A stretch of 64,000 nt of DNA from Schmidtea polychroa (lineage: Eukaryota), in assembly GCA_044892525.1 (NCBI GenBank), contig CM097886.1:146382001-146446000 (forward strand), read 5' to 3'. Shown here piece after piece: positions 37,201 to 51,700 of the stretch; the stretch's first letter is position 1, and each line of letters starts with the position of its first letter. The position numbers were made by a program, and so were the translations under genes. The notes below the pieces were generated by a model. That model saw only the letters and a program-made list of their open reading frames with translations, did no database searches and was not told the origin of the DNA.

Positions 37201-37309
37201 ATAAATTAAAAATAATAAAAGAACTATGTAAATTTGTTTTTTTTTATTCAAACCAGAGGCCCCATATTTTTTATTGGCCTGGGCCCCCTCTCAGCTCTGC
37301 AAGGCCCTG
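34217..37309 (+). mobile_element. hAT transposon, Tip100/ZMYM1-like (TTF-type zinc finger, DUF4371-like, hATC), frameshifted
   Basis: MKRTYPSGASKRR start at 34679; WLCWSNSKKSLFCFPCFL; GNFLGIIELLSKYDP; FSIIVDATPDCSHQEQ; GQAYDNGANM; TRWSARIDAV; LPASVASAERSFSVLKRVK. Right TIR ...gcaaggccctg; left end lies in the gap. Confidence 0.93.
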
Positions 37310-39764
37310 TATATATATATGTATAATATGTACTCAATGCATCTTTCATATCTATTTGAATTCTATGGTTATTATAATTATACTCGTGCTGTTTATCGTT
37401 CCACTAACTTATTTTCAAATAATAATACCAATTTAACCATATAGTATGAGTATATATGTATGCGTTACAAAGCTTCTAATTTATCTATACTCCCTAGTTT
37501 TTATAATCTACTTATAAACTTAAAACTTAATAACATGATAACTGTACTATTCTCAACCTTATTATTCTTAAATTTAAGATCAATATGTTGTAACTTAATT
37601 ACTACATCCTAACTGTGTAAATATATGTATATAAGATCAGCACTGGGCTGAAATCCATAAGTGTAATTTATTTAATCAACTCTGTAACTATTTTGCAGGA
37701 AAAAGTTATTTATCGGATGAAGAAATATTGGAATACTGGAAACAAATTGGATACAGGATTCGAAAAGCTATTATAAAAGCTTAGAATCATGCCTGCTGCT
37801 TGGTTATGCCCCAAAGCAGAGCAAGAATTTTTAATCAAAAAGAGAAATCTATATTTATGAACATTATGTTTAAAATAAAAAACACATGGGAAAAGAAGGT
37901 AATTTATGATCAGAATTACTTATTTAATTATCACTGTAATGATGATAAACAATTAATTTATTCCAACTATCCCAATAATGCGGATAAAAATAAATTTTTT
38001 TCAAAAAAATATAATAATAGTTTTTTAAATAAAGAAAACGTTTTTTATGATATTAATAAGAATTTTTTAAATTATGAAAGAGATAAAAACGTTTTTATGA
38101 CTTTAATAAAGATTTTTTAAATGATGAAAAAGATAAAAACGATTTTCATGAAGACTCTAACATGAAATTAAAAATTATAATTATAAGAAAACTAAAACCT
38201 TTTTTTTATAATAAAAAGAATACTTTTTATAATGATAAAAAAAATGATTTTAAATATTTTAAATATATGTAAATAATTTTAAAAATGGAGAAAAGATAAA
38301 AGAAAAATTTTTTAATAAAAGGAATTTAAAATTGTTTGAAAAGGATTCAGATAGATTTAAATTCAATGAAGCCAGAAAAAATTTTCGTCCTCCTGTGTAG
38401 GACGAAAGGGATAATGTACGCAGCTCGTCGTCCGGAGGCCGACTCCCAGATAATGTAACCTTTGAAAAGGTTTCTAAGCAAGATAAATAATAACTTGTCA
38501 ACCAATCGCCGAATTAACCAGAAATACCTAACAATCGAAAATCTTAATAGGATCCCTCTAACCAACCCGAGCTTGGAGTCCAACGATCGACTTGCACTAA
38601 ATCCTAGCAAAGCCGCTAACCAGATTAATTTCTTATACCTTGGAGATATAGGAGACAATTTTCTTAGGAAATTGTTAAACAATTTATTTTTCTTAAAAAG
38701 ACAATATAAGAGTACTTCTAAAAATATATAGATCAATTTTTATCGATCTTAATAAGAACTATTCTCAGTTAATATTAAAGGTCAATAATACCAAAGAAAC
38801 CCCGCCTTTTAATACTAAAATAATCACAAATTTATATAATACGAGAACAAAAATTAACCAAAATTCATATGATATCATAAAAAATTTAATCAGAAATCTG
38901 TTTAAAGACTTATATTATCATTTAAAAAATAATAATAGAACTACCATATTATAAAGAATATCTTCTATATTTTATCCATTAATTATAGGCAATTCACATC
39001 TTTCTTATTTTCTAACATAGGATATTTGGAAAGTAATGATAAAACGGGTCGAATAAATAACCCTCGATAATATAGTTAATATCCAGCATTTTAACAACCC
39101 ACCTACCAGTAAACACGAGAAAATACGCAAATTGCCGGTCTGCGTTATTGATAACAAAACAAATTATTACTACCTATATGAATGATGATGGACCCCTGAC
39201 AACTGGGAAATCTGACACACCCCTAATCGCCCAATAGTACCAACGTTGATCACTCAACGGGTATCAAGCGGAGACATTTTTTTGTATTCTGGGTTACACT
39301 GGAAACAGCACGACAAGGTAAAATGTATACTTACCTGTAACCCACCACTGCTTTCAAAACCAAACATGTCTACAACGTGTAAAGAAAAGACATAAAAAAA
39401 ATTTCTGTAGTAAGAAACGAGAACACACTTTAATTGTTGGGAATCGTTGCACCGTGCTCAGAACTACCCCAACAAGGATAAATAAGCCCAAGATTTATCA
39501 AAAATAAAATTAACAACAAACGCTACGATTGAAGTTTGAAAATCAGCAACAACCAAAAATTGATATGCTGTGGAAAACGGAACCTCCAATAAGTCAACTA
39601 ACAAAAGAATGCAAGATCAGTAAGGAATCGAATGGTAAAGATTACATAGTGTATATGAACGTCTTTCTAATTTGAGATGTTAAAATACGAAATCGAACAA
39701 TACAAAACAACAATAATAGTAACTTTATTGATTTTTTCAAATTTTATTCATCAAAACAAATATT

Positions 39765-42700
39765 TTATTGAATAAAACGCAATAAAAAAGAATTAAGAAT
39801 TTCTTTCACTTTTGCATTCATAGGCATGTAGTGGCCTCCATCGTGGATAATTAGAGTCTTATCACCGTATTTGTCTAAAGTTTGAACTGTTAATTCTAAA
39901 GAAATAAATTGGAGATATTAACTGGACGAAAATAATTAGAAAACTGACCAGATGGAATAACTTTGTCAGTGCTTCCATAAATTACCAAGCAGGGTGTATT
40001 AATAACATGTTTGTATAAATCAGTAAATTGAGATGATTTTGCATAAAATGGTGCAACCAAAATAGCAAATTTTATATTAATAATATTGAATAACTCTAAA
40101 TGTACTGATAAGTAGTAAAAATAAAAACTAATTCTTCACCTAAATCCATTTCAATTAAGTGAAGTAAGATTTGTGCGAACGCAGCACCCTGGCTGAACGA
40201 TAAAATACCAGCAAAAGGTCCCTTAAGACAAAATTCAATAATGACCAAAGAAATGTCAATACTTTTTCTCGGAATGTTGATTTTATTAATTCCAAAGATT
40301 CAATAAATCCTTTATTGCAGTTAGATGAATCTAGTGCGTTGAAGTAATTATTTTCATTTGAAAACCACCAACTATATTCTAAAGGTACGTGCAATTATTA
40401 CATAATGTTTGATTTTTTAAAAATTTAATTGATAAACTCATTAACTACCAGATTTCTTTTTAAATTTTGTAATAGATATTAAATATTTTTGTTTAGTGCA
40501 CTTGTACAGGTCGGCAAACGGTCAACTTAAAAATATATTATAATATACAGTGTGTATTTCAATGGATATTAATTTAGTTTCATAAAATTAAATTGAAAAA
40601 TAACATCGGAATCCGAATTTGAGGATCAGGGAAGCTAATAAGTTAGCTTTAAGTAAACATTTTTATTTTAAATGTTAATTAGTGTTGAAGAACGAGGCAG
40701 GGCCCATAGACACATGTATACTGTCTAAGTACTGTCGAAAAGGGCCAAATAGATTCAGTTTAAGTACACTCAGAAGGCAAATGAAAAAACCAACCCAAGT
40801 CACAATCCAATACAATATCAAAGAGCATATCCTATTGTTAATTTGTACATTTGACTATCCTTGTGAATATTTAACTAATTATCCTATTAATTGTTATTTG
40901 TATGCTTAGTAAGTCGGTGTAATTATTCATTATTTGTTCTTAAAATTACTTATTTTATCAGTATAGTTGAAATTCTTATTCTATTTAATCTTATGTATAT
41001 CTGGCATTTTTATGATTTTTTATGAAAAAAATTACATATTATTTTGTGGTTAACGGTTGGTGGATAATCACTTTGATAGTCAAATGGTGTTTTTAAAATT
41101 TTCAGGAGAAAATTATTGTTTTACTGTATTATCTGCTATGAAAATACATTCAACATTTTTGAAATGAAATTAATCAACTAGAATGGTAAGATTATTGGTT
41201 CCATCTGATCCTATCTTCCTCGGATTATCTTCACCATTCGAAGCACGGCCTCTCGATCTACCCGTATGTGCTCGAGTAATTGGACATAATTCACTTAATT
41301 TATGATAGTGATTCGAACATATTTGAATATTTAGAAATTATGGAATAAAATTACGTACTTATTGCAACTCAACAAGAGTAATAGACCTGGAATAAAATAG
41401 CCCTTTACACATTCATACCAACACACAAACTACTCGCCATTAAGGACGCGAAGAACATGAGATACATACATCCAAGTTGAATAACCCTTCAGCACATCAA
41501 AGCAAAATGTATAGATATATAATGACTTTATAATAATAAATCTAAATTAACCGTATAACTTTATTATCCTCTCATAATTTCTATAAATATAATATATGAA
41601 CAGCAATGCTGAGTTATACACGGTTGAATGGGTCAATGTAGGGATTCTTGTAGGAATCCCGCCTATTTGACAGTATCTTTTAGTTGTTTTTTATATATGT
41701 CGTAGGCAAATGGTAATTTTAGGAAAATAACATTTGGCTAGGCAAATGCTATTTGCCTGGTCAAATAGCTTTAGCTATTATTTCATTTCCATTTGACTAG
41801 GAAAATAGCATTTGCCCAGGCAAAAGCCATTTGGCTAAATCTTTGTTGGGCAAATAATTCTAATGTTATTAATTTCGAGGTTACAAAGATATGAAGAAAA
41901 AAATTGAAATAACCATTAATGTATTATTTATTTAAATATATTGTTCCTCGGTAACTAAAACCACTGCAACTGTAAACATTTACAAAAATAATTCAAATAT
42001 TTTTTGATGTTTATTGTATATTTAACTAACTTCAGCTTGCTACAACACTACAACTTCAGTGCAGTTTTTATTAAAAATAAATAAATTATAAGAATTTAAT
42101 ATTAGATTAGATAATAGTAAATCGATTTTATAAGTAAGTAAATACTTCATTATTTTAGTGATGTTACCATATTTTAATTATAGAATTGTATATTGCTCAA
42201 ATATCAGATTTTAAGGTTATGTTGTTAACAGTTGTTAATTTGTAAATAAGTTTTTTAGGCTATGGTTGACAAGGATGAATTTTATCTTCATTTAAATGAA
42301 AAATATAAATCCACAACTGTAAAAAAACCATGAAATTCTGAAAAAATAGAAATTATAATGATTTTAAAACAGTGTCAAACAAAAATGCCACGAGAGATGT
42401 CTTCACTCGAGAAATATTATTCATCTAAATATGGTCTTCTAGAAATTTTCTGGCATAACAAAAATAATATTAAATACAAAGACTACCGATCATGACATTA
42501 TTTACATGACACCTATTGAAGAATTTTATGATAAAATTTCAGAACAACATTTGGCGATGGGACATGGAGGAAGAGATAAATTTTTACATATGCTAAAGAA
42601 AAAGTACAATGTTCCAAAAATTGATGTTGAAATTTTTATTCAACTATGTCATACCTACAATTTAAAAAAAACTCAGAAAAAAAGGGTTTAGTAGTAAAAC

Positions 42701-45700
42701 CTATAAAATCTAGAGATTTTAATGTAAGAGGACAAGTAGATCTTATTGACTTAAGTTAAGTTGCCTATGAATTGCTAAAAAAATTTTTAGAGCAGGGTGC
42801 CCCAATAATTTTACAGAGCGACAATGGCAGAGAATTTACTGCTGGAATAATAAAAGAGTTAGTAGCACTTTGGCCTGACTGCAAAATAATTCATGGACGA
42901 CCAAGACATTAGTTGAACGATCTAATCAAGATGTGGAACAGATGCTAAGAATATGGATGACAGAAAATAAATCCTCAAAATGGTCAGTTGGTTGCTACTT
43001 TGTTCAATGGCAAAAAAATATTTCACATCATCGTATTATTGGAAGGTCAACGTACAAGAGTTTGTATGGACATGACCCAAAAATAGGTTTATTATCTTCG
43101 GATCTGCCATCAGATTTGATTGACAATATCTTAACAGAAGAAGACTTACAAGATTTATACCAATCCGAAGATGTACCAAACTGTGGAATATTATCTGAGG
43201 AGTTATTAGATAATGTACCCATAGTCATTGAAGAATCAGTACCTAGTACATCAAATAATATAAATTTTACAAAAATATTAGACGAAAATGTTTGTGAAGA
43301 TGAAATTAATTTTTATTGTTGTGTTTGCGGCAAAGCATGTATGGATCGTTCATGCTTAAAGTGCAATAAAAACGTTCACTTAATTTGTGGTAAACCAAAA
43401 AAAGATTTTGATGAACAAATAATTTGTTACCATTGTCTCCGTGAAGAGGACATTGAAACAAATCGAGTAAAATCATATGAAGGACAAATAAAAGCTGCCG
43501 AATTAATGGTAAATAAAAGTAATACTATTTTTAAGGAATTAGAAATCGGAGCTTTCGTAGTATTGGCAGTTCCAAAATTTGATAGAGGACCACTAGACCA
43601 AAAAAATATAGAGGGCATTATTATTGATAAAAAAATGGTGTTTATCGAATTGGGACCAACGTTGGTGTTAAAAAATTGGTTTACTCGAAATGAACTAACA
43701 AAAGTGTCGTCAATAAGTTTTGAACAAAGTGATATTCCCCATGAAAATTGTATATCTTTACGAGAAGCATGTGCTTCAAAATCCATGTTTGCAGGCCGGG
43801 GATTTACGAAGTGCCAGTGTCAGCCTTCGAAAAACCAATGCAATACTAAAAGATGTGCGTGTTTTAAAAATAACCATGTATGTAATAGTAGATGTCATTC
43901 AAGTAATCCTTGCCAAAATAAATAAATATTTAAGATATAACCTAACCTAAAAATTCGAAACCCAAAATGTAAATTCCAGCTGTGTTCTTTAGCAGTAAAA
44001 TATATCAATAATTACTTATGTACATACTTATTTTAATTTTATGTAGAATTTTGAGATTAGAATTTTAAATTTGTTTTGCGTGTTTTTTTTTATTACATAA
44101 AACATAGAGGTAGGTACTTTGAAAAAAGTTAATTATTATGGTTTAATAATTCATTATAATGGTTATTTCAATTTTTTTCTTCATATCTTTATAACCTCGA
44201 AATTAATAACATTAGAATTATTTGCCCAACAAAGATTTAGCCAAATGGCTTTTACCTGGGCAAATGCTATTTTCCTAGTCAAATGGAAATGAAATAATAG
44301 CTAAAGCTATTTGACCAGGCAAATAGCATTTGCCTAGCCAAATGTTATTTTCCTAAAATTACCATTTGCCTACGACATATATACTATAATTATCTCCACT
44401 TCAACTAATCTTTCTATAACATATTATACTATATTATCCATCGCCAAAAAAGAGTCTACCACAAACATTTATCATTTTTTTCTAGAAATCATTCTGATAA
44501 ATTTTTCTACATGACGACAAACCAGATGGATCTCAACCTCTTCAATCCAAGATTAAAGAAATGATGAATCCTATTATTTAAAATCTAAATCATGAAGGCC
44601 ATGGCAACGCCATGTTTATCCGCAACTGCCAAATGATCTCAAATTCCCAATGTTTCACGAAGTGTAACGCAAGGAGCATTGCTCTAGCGTTCGAAGAGTT
44701 ATCAATTGAAAGCTATAGAATACAGAAGGATGAGAAGTTCTCCCCTTAGGCCATATGGCCAGAATGTTATACTAAAATAAAATTTGATTTTTTTTAAAAA
44801 AGAAGTGTTGGAGTTATCAGGAAATTATGCGTTAATGACAGTTGGAAATAAAGGAAGACAACCGAGAATATGGATATACAGTAGGTTTCGCTTATAGAGA
44901 ACTTGCTTAAAGAGAACAAAATCGGTTAAAGAGAATTTTTTGGTTTAAAAACGGCATTTACCCCAATTTTTCAGTGTAAATGTTCTCTTTAACCGATGAT
45001 TGGTTAAAGAGAACATTTTTTTATTTTGGGTTTATTTTTTATTTTTGATTTAAAAAGGTAATTGATTAAATGATAACCTGATTAAAGGTTATTTGATTAA
45101 TTGAAAATATTATTTTACTTAAAAATTTTAGGCCATAATGAAATCAAGTTTTAGGACAATTCTAACACTCAAACAGAAATTTGAAATCATAGCACTTTTT
45201 GAGAAAGGAGAAAGCCAAGCATCATTGGCCAGAAAATATAAAATATCACCTTCATCAATATCAAACATTTGTCACAAGAAAAGGGAAGAAATACTTGAGG
45301 CCTACAGTTCCAGACCTTCATCAACCAAGAAACTGAAACAATCTTTTTATGATGATTTAGATATTCAGTTAAGGGATTGGTATTTGCTGCAACGATCCAA
45401 AAAGATTCCCATTAACAGTGTATTACTTATTGAAAAAGCTGATCAAATTGCCAAATACCTAAAGATTCAAGATTTTACTTGCACAATGAGTTGGATCCAA
45501 CGTTTTAAAACTCGGCATTCTCTTGTTTTCGGATCTATTTCTGGAGAAGCTGGTGATGTAAATAATGAGTTGGTGGCGTCGTGGCTTAAAAATGAGTGGC
45601 TGGAAATTAGGAAAGATTATGGTAACAAAGATATTTTTAATGCAGTCGAAACGGGATTATTTTACAGGCTTTTACCAAATAAAACAATTAAGGTTAAAAG

Positions 45701-48700
45701 TGAAAGGTGCGTTGGAGGTCAGTTATCTAAGGATAGGATAACTTTGTTATTTTGTGCAAGTATGGAAGGTGAAAAATTGCCTCCATTAATAATTGGAAAA
45801 TAAAAAAATCCCCGATGTTTTAAAAATGTTGATATTACTTCCCTAAATTATAAAAACAATGCATGGATGACGTCAATACTTTTTTCAAATTGGATTGTGT
45901 CATGGGATTCTAAATTAAGAAGTATTGGAAGAAATATTATTTTATTAGTAGATAATTGTTCTTCCCATCCTCCGTTAGGTCAATCTTTAACAAATATTGA
46001 TCTATTTTTTATGCCTCCAAATACCACAAGTAAGTTACAGCCTTTAGATGCCGGGGTTATCAATGCTTTTAAGCAGTATTATAAAAAAGGAATTGTTACA
46101 AAAATGATTCATTTTTATGATTCTTATCCAGAAGAAAAATTTAAAGTAAGTATTCTTGATGCAATTAGTATGGCTAAAACGGCTTGGTCAAAAGTTAGCT
46201 GTAATACTATAAAAAATTGTTTTAGGCATGCTGGTTTCGGCGAAGTGGTTGAAGGAATGGCAATAAATGAAAAATTTTCATCTGATATAGAGGAATATTT
46301 TGAAAAGCAACACTCGTTTACTGATTTTGTTAATGCTGAAGAAAATTTAGTAACAAAAAATGTCACTGAACAGGAAGTAGAATTAAATTTGTCGCTATCT
46401 GATACGTCAGATAACAATCAATGTGTTGAGCTTCCCAACATTCATAAAGCATTTGAGTGCATGCAACAAGTAGTTCTTTTTTATTCAAATCAGGATAAAA
46501 CTGGCCATTTACAAGAAAGTTTAATAGCAATTGAATCAGATTTGGAGAAGATTTTACTCAAGAAAAAAACCAGGCAACGGAAAAAAACTGAGTTTATTTT
46601 CAAAAAATAAATGTGTTAGTTAGTAAAATTTTTTGAATATTTTTAAAATTATCCTTATTAAAAAGTATCGGTTATAGAGAACATTTTTTCAAGTCCCAAA
46701 AATGTTCTCTTTAAGCGGTATCTACTGTAGTTGAATAAACATAAAGTTGAAGTATTACTGAATTCAGGCTCAAGCAATACAATATTATGAGATAAATTAT
46801 TAAATTCAGGTGAAAGAGCTTAAATGAAAAGCAGAGGAAGTTGTACGATCAATGAGTTAAAAACAAGTTAAATATCATTGGATATAAGAGTAAAATTTAA
46901 TATCGAAAATAAAGAAATTGTCCATAATGCTCTAGTAATGAAAAATAGTTCAGTGATGTGTTTAGTGGAAATGGATGTTTTGGAACAATTGGAAAGAATC
47001 TCTCCAGACTTGAAAACGGGGAATTTAATTGTGGCGAAAACTAGAAACGGGAGATGTATTTCTAAATCAAACATTAAAAGTTCAACCTCAGAGCGAAGTT
47101 ATTTGTCATGTGAATACGATGTGAGTTCTAAGTGAAAAATTTATATTTCAACCAGGTGAAAAATTGATTGAAAAATATAACTCTAATATGTGATTAAATA
47201 GTGAAGGTTCAAGAACAACTAATTCCTGTGTGTATTAATAACGACAAAGAAGTGTCACTGAAACCTAAAACAAAATTCGGGAAACTACCAAAAATTCAGA
47301 AATATCCAACTCCATTGGGTTATATGGATAGTTTTATTTATAATCACTGTTCTATTGAGTATGATAACAATTACAAAAGGGATGGAAATTGATCTACATT
47401 ATGCAGTCAACAAAGTACTGCTAGGGCTGGATCTGGGCTCGCCTGAGGTTTGCTAGGGGTACAGATTAAAATACTATAAATAGAATGTATATTACAACAA
47501 TTACCTTAAATAGAATAAGAAATAAATGAATATATATTTAGTAATTAAATAATACTGGAAATAAGCAAAAATTATGAATAGGAATTGATAAATAAGGAAT
47601 GGTTAAAATTAGTAATTAATTATTAATAATAATTTTAAATTATTTAACTTATATAAAAGGTAATATTTCACAGGCCAGTCGATAGAATTACAAGAATTGA
47701 GTTTAAAAAATTCATCGTTCAGACAGTTAATTATAGCGAGTGGAATCAAATGGCGAGTGAAATCGATTTGGTATAAGGAGTTAAAAAATTGAAACTTCAG
47801 TTGAAAATTGGTGAAAGGTTTGTCAAGCTAATAGAAACTTAAGCTGAAAAAAATGTCTAAATTAATGTTTTAATCGTTATTTTATCTTTTCAAGTAAAAT
47901 TAATTCATTAGTAGCCATTTGCGAAAAACAGAAACTGGTTATCAGATATTTGATAGATCAGTTTTAAAAGTTCTACCAAGGATCATAGTATGACTTTAGG
48001 AAAAGCATAAGTTGTCTAGAGAAGCTGTTTTGTTTTTGTTAAAATAACATAGGGCAGGCATCTAGGAAAACAATATTTCCAGGTAAAAATCATTCGCGGT
48101 GAATTTCGGGTAACTTTCGTCTTTTTCCTGTCTTTGTTGAGCGGTGCTGTTGATCAATTAGGATTTTGTATTCGCCGTCTTAGAAATATCTTAGGACGGT
48201 TTGTATATAAGATATGCTGGAGTATTCTGATTTGGAAACATATTGTAGCCACATTGACGCCCTTATTGAAGATATGATAATACGATTCAAAGACTTGCAT
48301 GAACTTTCAATGCCGGATTAGATAATTAATCCATTTTTATCAGATGTAGAAAGTGTCAGTCAAAATTTAAAAGAGCAGCTTACTGAGCCACAAAATGACT
48401 GTGAAGCTAAATTAATATTTAATCAATGTGATTATGATGTTTTCTGGGTTCATTTTTGCTATCAATACCCTCTTCTGTGGAAAGAGGTAAAATTACCCAT
48501 CACAGCATTTTCCTTCATCGTATTTAGTAGAAAAGGGTTTTAGCGCAGTAACACATATTAAAATAATCACGAAATCAATTACAGATAAGCCAGAGAGGAG
48601 ATTTGAGAATGTATTTAACTAAGCTTGAACTTAATATTACGAAAATAGCGCATTCACATGAGGCTCAAGGATCTCATTGATTTTTGTAATGTAATTGATT

Positions 48701-51700
48701 TTTTTGTATGTAATGTTTATATGTCAATAAATACTTAATGTTTATAAACATGTGTTTTATTTATAATTTATATATATTTTTTTTGTTGTAGAAAATCTAT
48801 TGCATGAAATACATGCATAGAGAAGAATTTAATTTTAAAATTTCGATTTTTTTGTGTGTGTGAGTGAGGGGAGCTGGATAATTTTACTGTGACGATTCTT
48901 TCAATATGATTAAGAAACACTGGATTAGAACTTAACGCAGTCAGCGAAATTGTAGGAGATGGGCATATAGAGTATTCTTTTCTATAGCATATGAATGTTG
49001 CATTGTTGCATGCAAGTTGTGTTCAAAGAATGAAACGCACTATGATTTCAAGGGGGACCTTTGAAAAGAAAGGTGCATGCAACTCATATATCAAAGATCA
49101 AAACTCCCAAACTTGACAACCTATGTGAAAAGTTCAATAGTCATTTTAGGAGTTTCTGAAATTGTAAAGAATGTGATAAACGTAGAAAATAGAAATAAGA
49201 GAGGAAGGTGTCATGTTTGTCCACGATCACAAGATACTAAGACGAAGTTTCTGTGCACAGCCTGTCAACACTACGTTTGTGATGTTCACTAAGTAATCGA
49301 AAAACGAATTAAGTGCCAGCATTGCTAAAAGTTAAAGAAAACCATTGCATATTCTTACTTTTTTCCCTCTTACTCATTCAAAGAGTTGTCGTATTCATAT
49401 GTTTTGTGTCTCTTTGTTTCTTTATTTCCCTTTGTGTCTTGTAATGTTTTAGAGTGGGGTCCTTAAAGGCAATAGTTATAAAAGCAATGCTTACCGAAAG
49501 TCTACAACCTTAGAGTTTACTATAGCAAAAAAAGTATGTTTATGTGGAAAACGTCATAGAAATTTGTTTGAAAATTTATTTTATTAAGTTTTATGTACAA
49601 AGTGCTCTGGGAGTCCCCCGCAACACCCGCTAGTCGATAATTTGGTTAGATTTTAACACAAGGATAACTAATGTAAAAAATTAAAAATTAGAAAATGAAA
49701 ATAAATCATTATTATTATTTAAGAAAAATTAATTTAAGTGTTGAAGTTAGGCGAACAGGTGAATTATATCACACAATAATAATGAATTAAAACAAGAGGT
49801 AATTATAATCAAAAATATGCAAGCATATAAACGCATTAATAATAAAATAAATTATAAATTAAATGTCGAAAACTTAATCTTAGTATTCATTACACAACAC
49901 GCATTACAAATATTACAAAAAAATTACTGTGGTTTTTGTCCTAATTTTCACCCAAAAATTTTTTACCTGAGCTATAGTAATTTCACAGAATTAATCTTTA
50001 CGAGATTTCAATACAAGACAGACAGAAATGTCGAAAACTTAATCTTAGTATTCATTACACAATACGCATTACATAACATACAACAATTATATATCATTCA
50101 TTTGGCAGATGTTTATAATAAATAATAATTAATGTAGGGATTTGTTTAAAGTTTGGTCTTGAAAAAGATATTATGTATACACATTGGTGTCATGTGAATG
50201 TTGGATCATTCTGCAAAGAGATTTTTTGATTAAAGACGCTTTGATTTTCAGGGTGAACGTTTCCATTACTATTGGCGACCCCTTTGACTCACTTTTTTTA
50301 CAAAATTTATTAATCGTGGTATAAATTATAATTTTTGTGTAATTTTATGTAAGTACGTTAATAGCTTTCTTATGCAAAAACATTTTCATTAAAATTGTAT
50401 TTAAAACTCAATTTAACTCTAATTTGACATATATTTTTATATTCTTAAAATTAAGTAATAGTTATGAATTCAGTTGTGAGATTGAATATTTCAAGTTTCA
50501 AGTATGTGCAAGTATGATGCAAAATCTTAAACATCCAATTTCTCTAAATTTATTACAGACCATACACGATCTCGAATTAGTACAATCGTATTAGAACATT
50601 TTTGTTGCTTTAAGAATATTTCTAACCCTACCAGTGACCACCGCTTCTTGTGAGAGTTTTAGTAAACTGAAGTGAATTAAAAATTACTTAAGATCAACCC
50701 TCACAAGAGCGTTTATTTAATCTGTTAACTGTATCTATTGAAAATGATATAGTGCATTAAATATATTTTAATGATTTAATTGATGAATTTGTAGAAAAAG
50801 CAATAAAAATACAACTTAAATAAATTTATTGTTTTTTCATAAATATAAAATGAAATTAAAATTACGTGCAGAAACAATTGAAAGAATAAAAATTTTGTGT
50901 TTATTTATTAACTGTTATCAAACTTTAAAAATATCAAAGAAAGGGAGCTTCAGAACTATCTTGTATGTTAAAGGGGCCCCAATTTGAATGTCTTGCCAAG
51001 GTCCAACAAAAAGCTAGTTACGGCCCTGTGTATACCAAAGTAATTAATTTGACAGAATTTATCACATAAACTGGCAATAATTAATGATTCACATAAGCTT
51101 ATTTTAAGAATTTTACCCTCAAATACGATCGATAATTTAAACAAGATTTAATCATAAAATCAATCTGTTAAAACTAACAAGGGAATCATCGGTTATTTAC
51201 AAGAAAAGAGTATTATTTACCTGTCGAAAGTTAAAGAAATTAAGGAGAAGGAATGTGGCAAAACTCCTGAAGAATATCAACGAATAGCAAGATATGATTT
51301 TATAGAAATTGTTAATGTTGAAAAATTCATTTAACCTGTAAAAATGAAATAGAACCGATTAAATATTACCCCATTTTAGAAGAAAATAATTTTCTTAATA
51401 ACACTTAATATCCGAACTTATTATATTAACAGCATGTGACCTTGGGGAGTGGTCTACAACAACAAAAGCGAATTCGAATTGATTCGGAATGGGCAGATAC
51501 CTAGTACTAATGTGGAGCTGTAGTAACACCAGAACCTAGAAAGAGAGCAGGAAGCGTCCCACAAAGAAGTAGTACTCCCAGATGGCATGTCCATTACGGC
51601 GGACTCCGAGTCGATTTTATGATTAAACAAAAGTGATTTTTCGAATTTTATTAACGAGTATCGCGTGTACAGTGAGCAAAAAAATATGAAAACATGAGAT

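Noticed and set aside
49861-50080. Duplicated ~50-bp block and ORF 49817-50125
   Set aside because: A local tandem duplication in AT-rich DNA with no coding signal.
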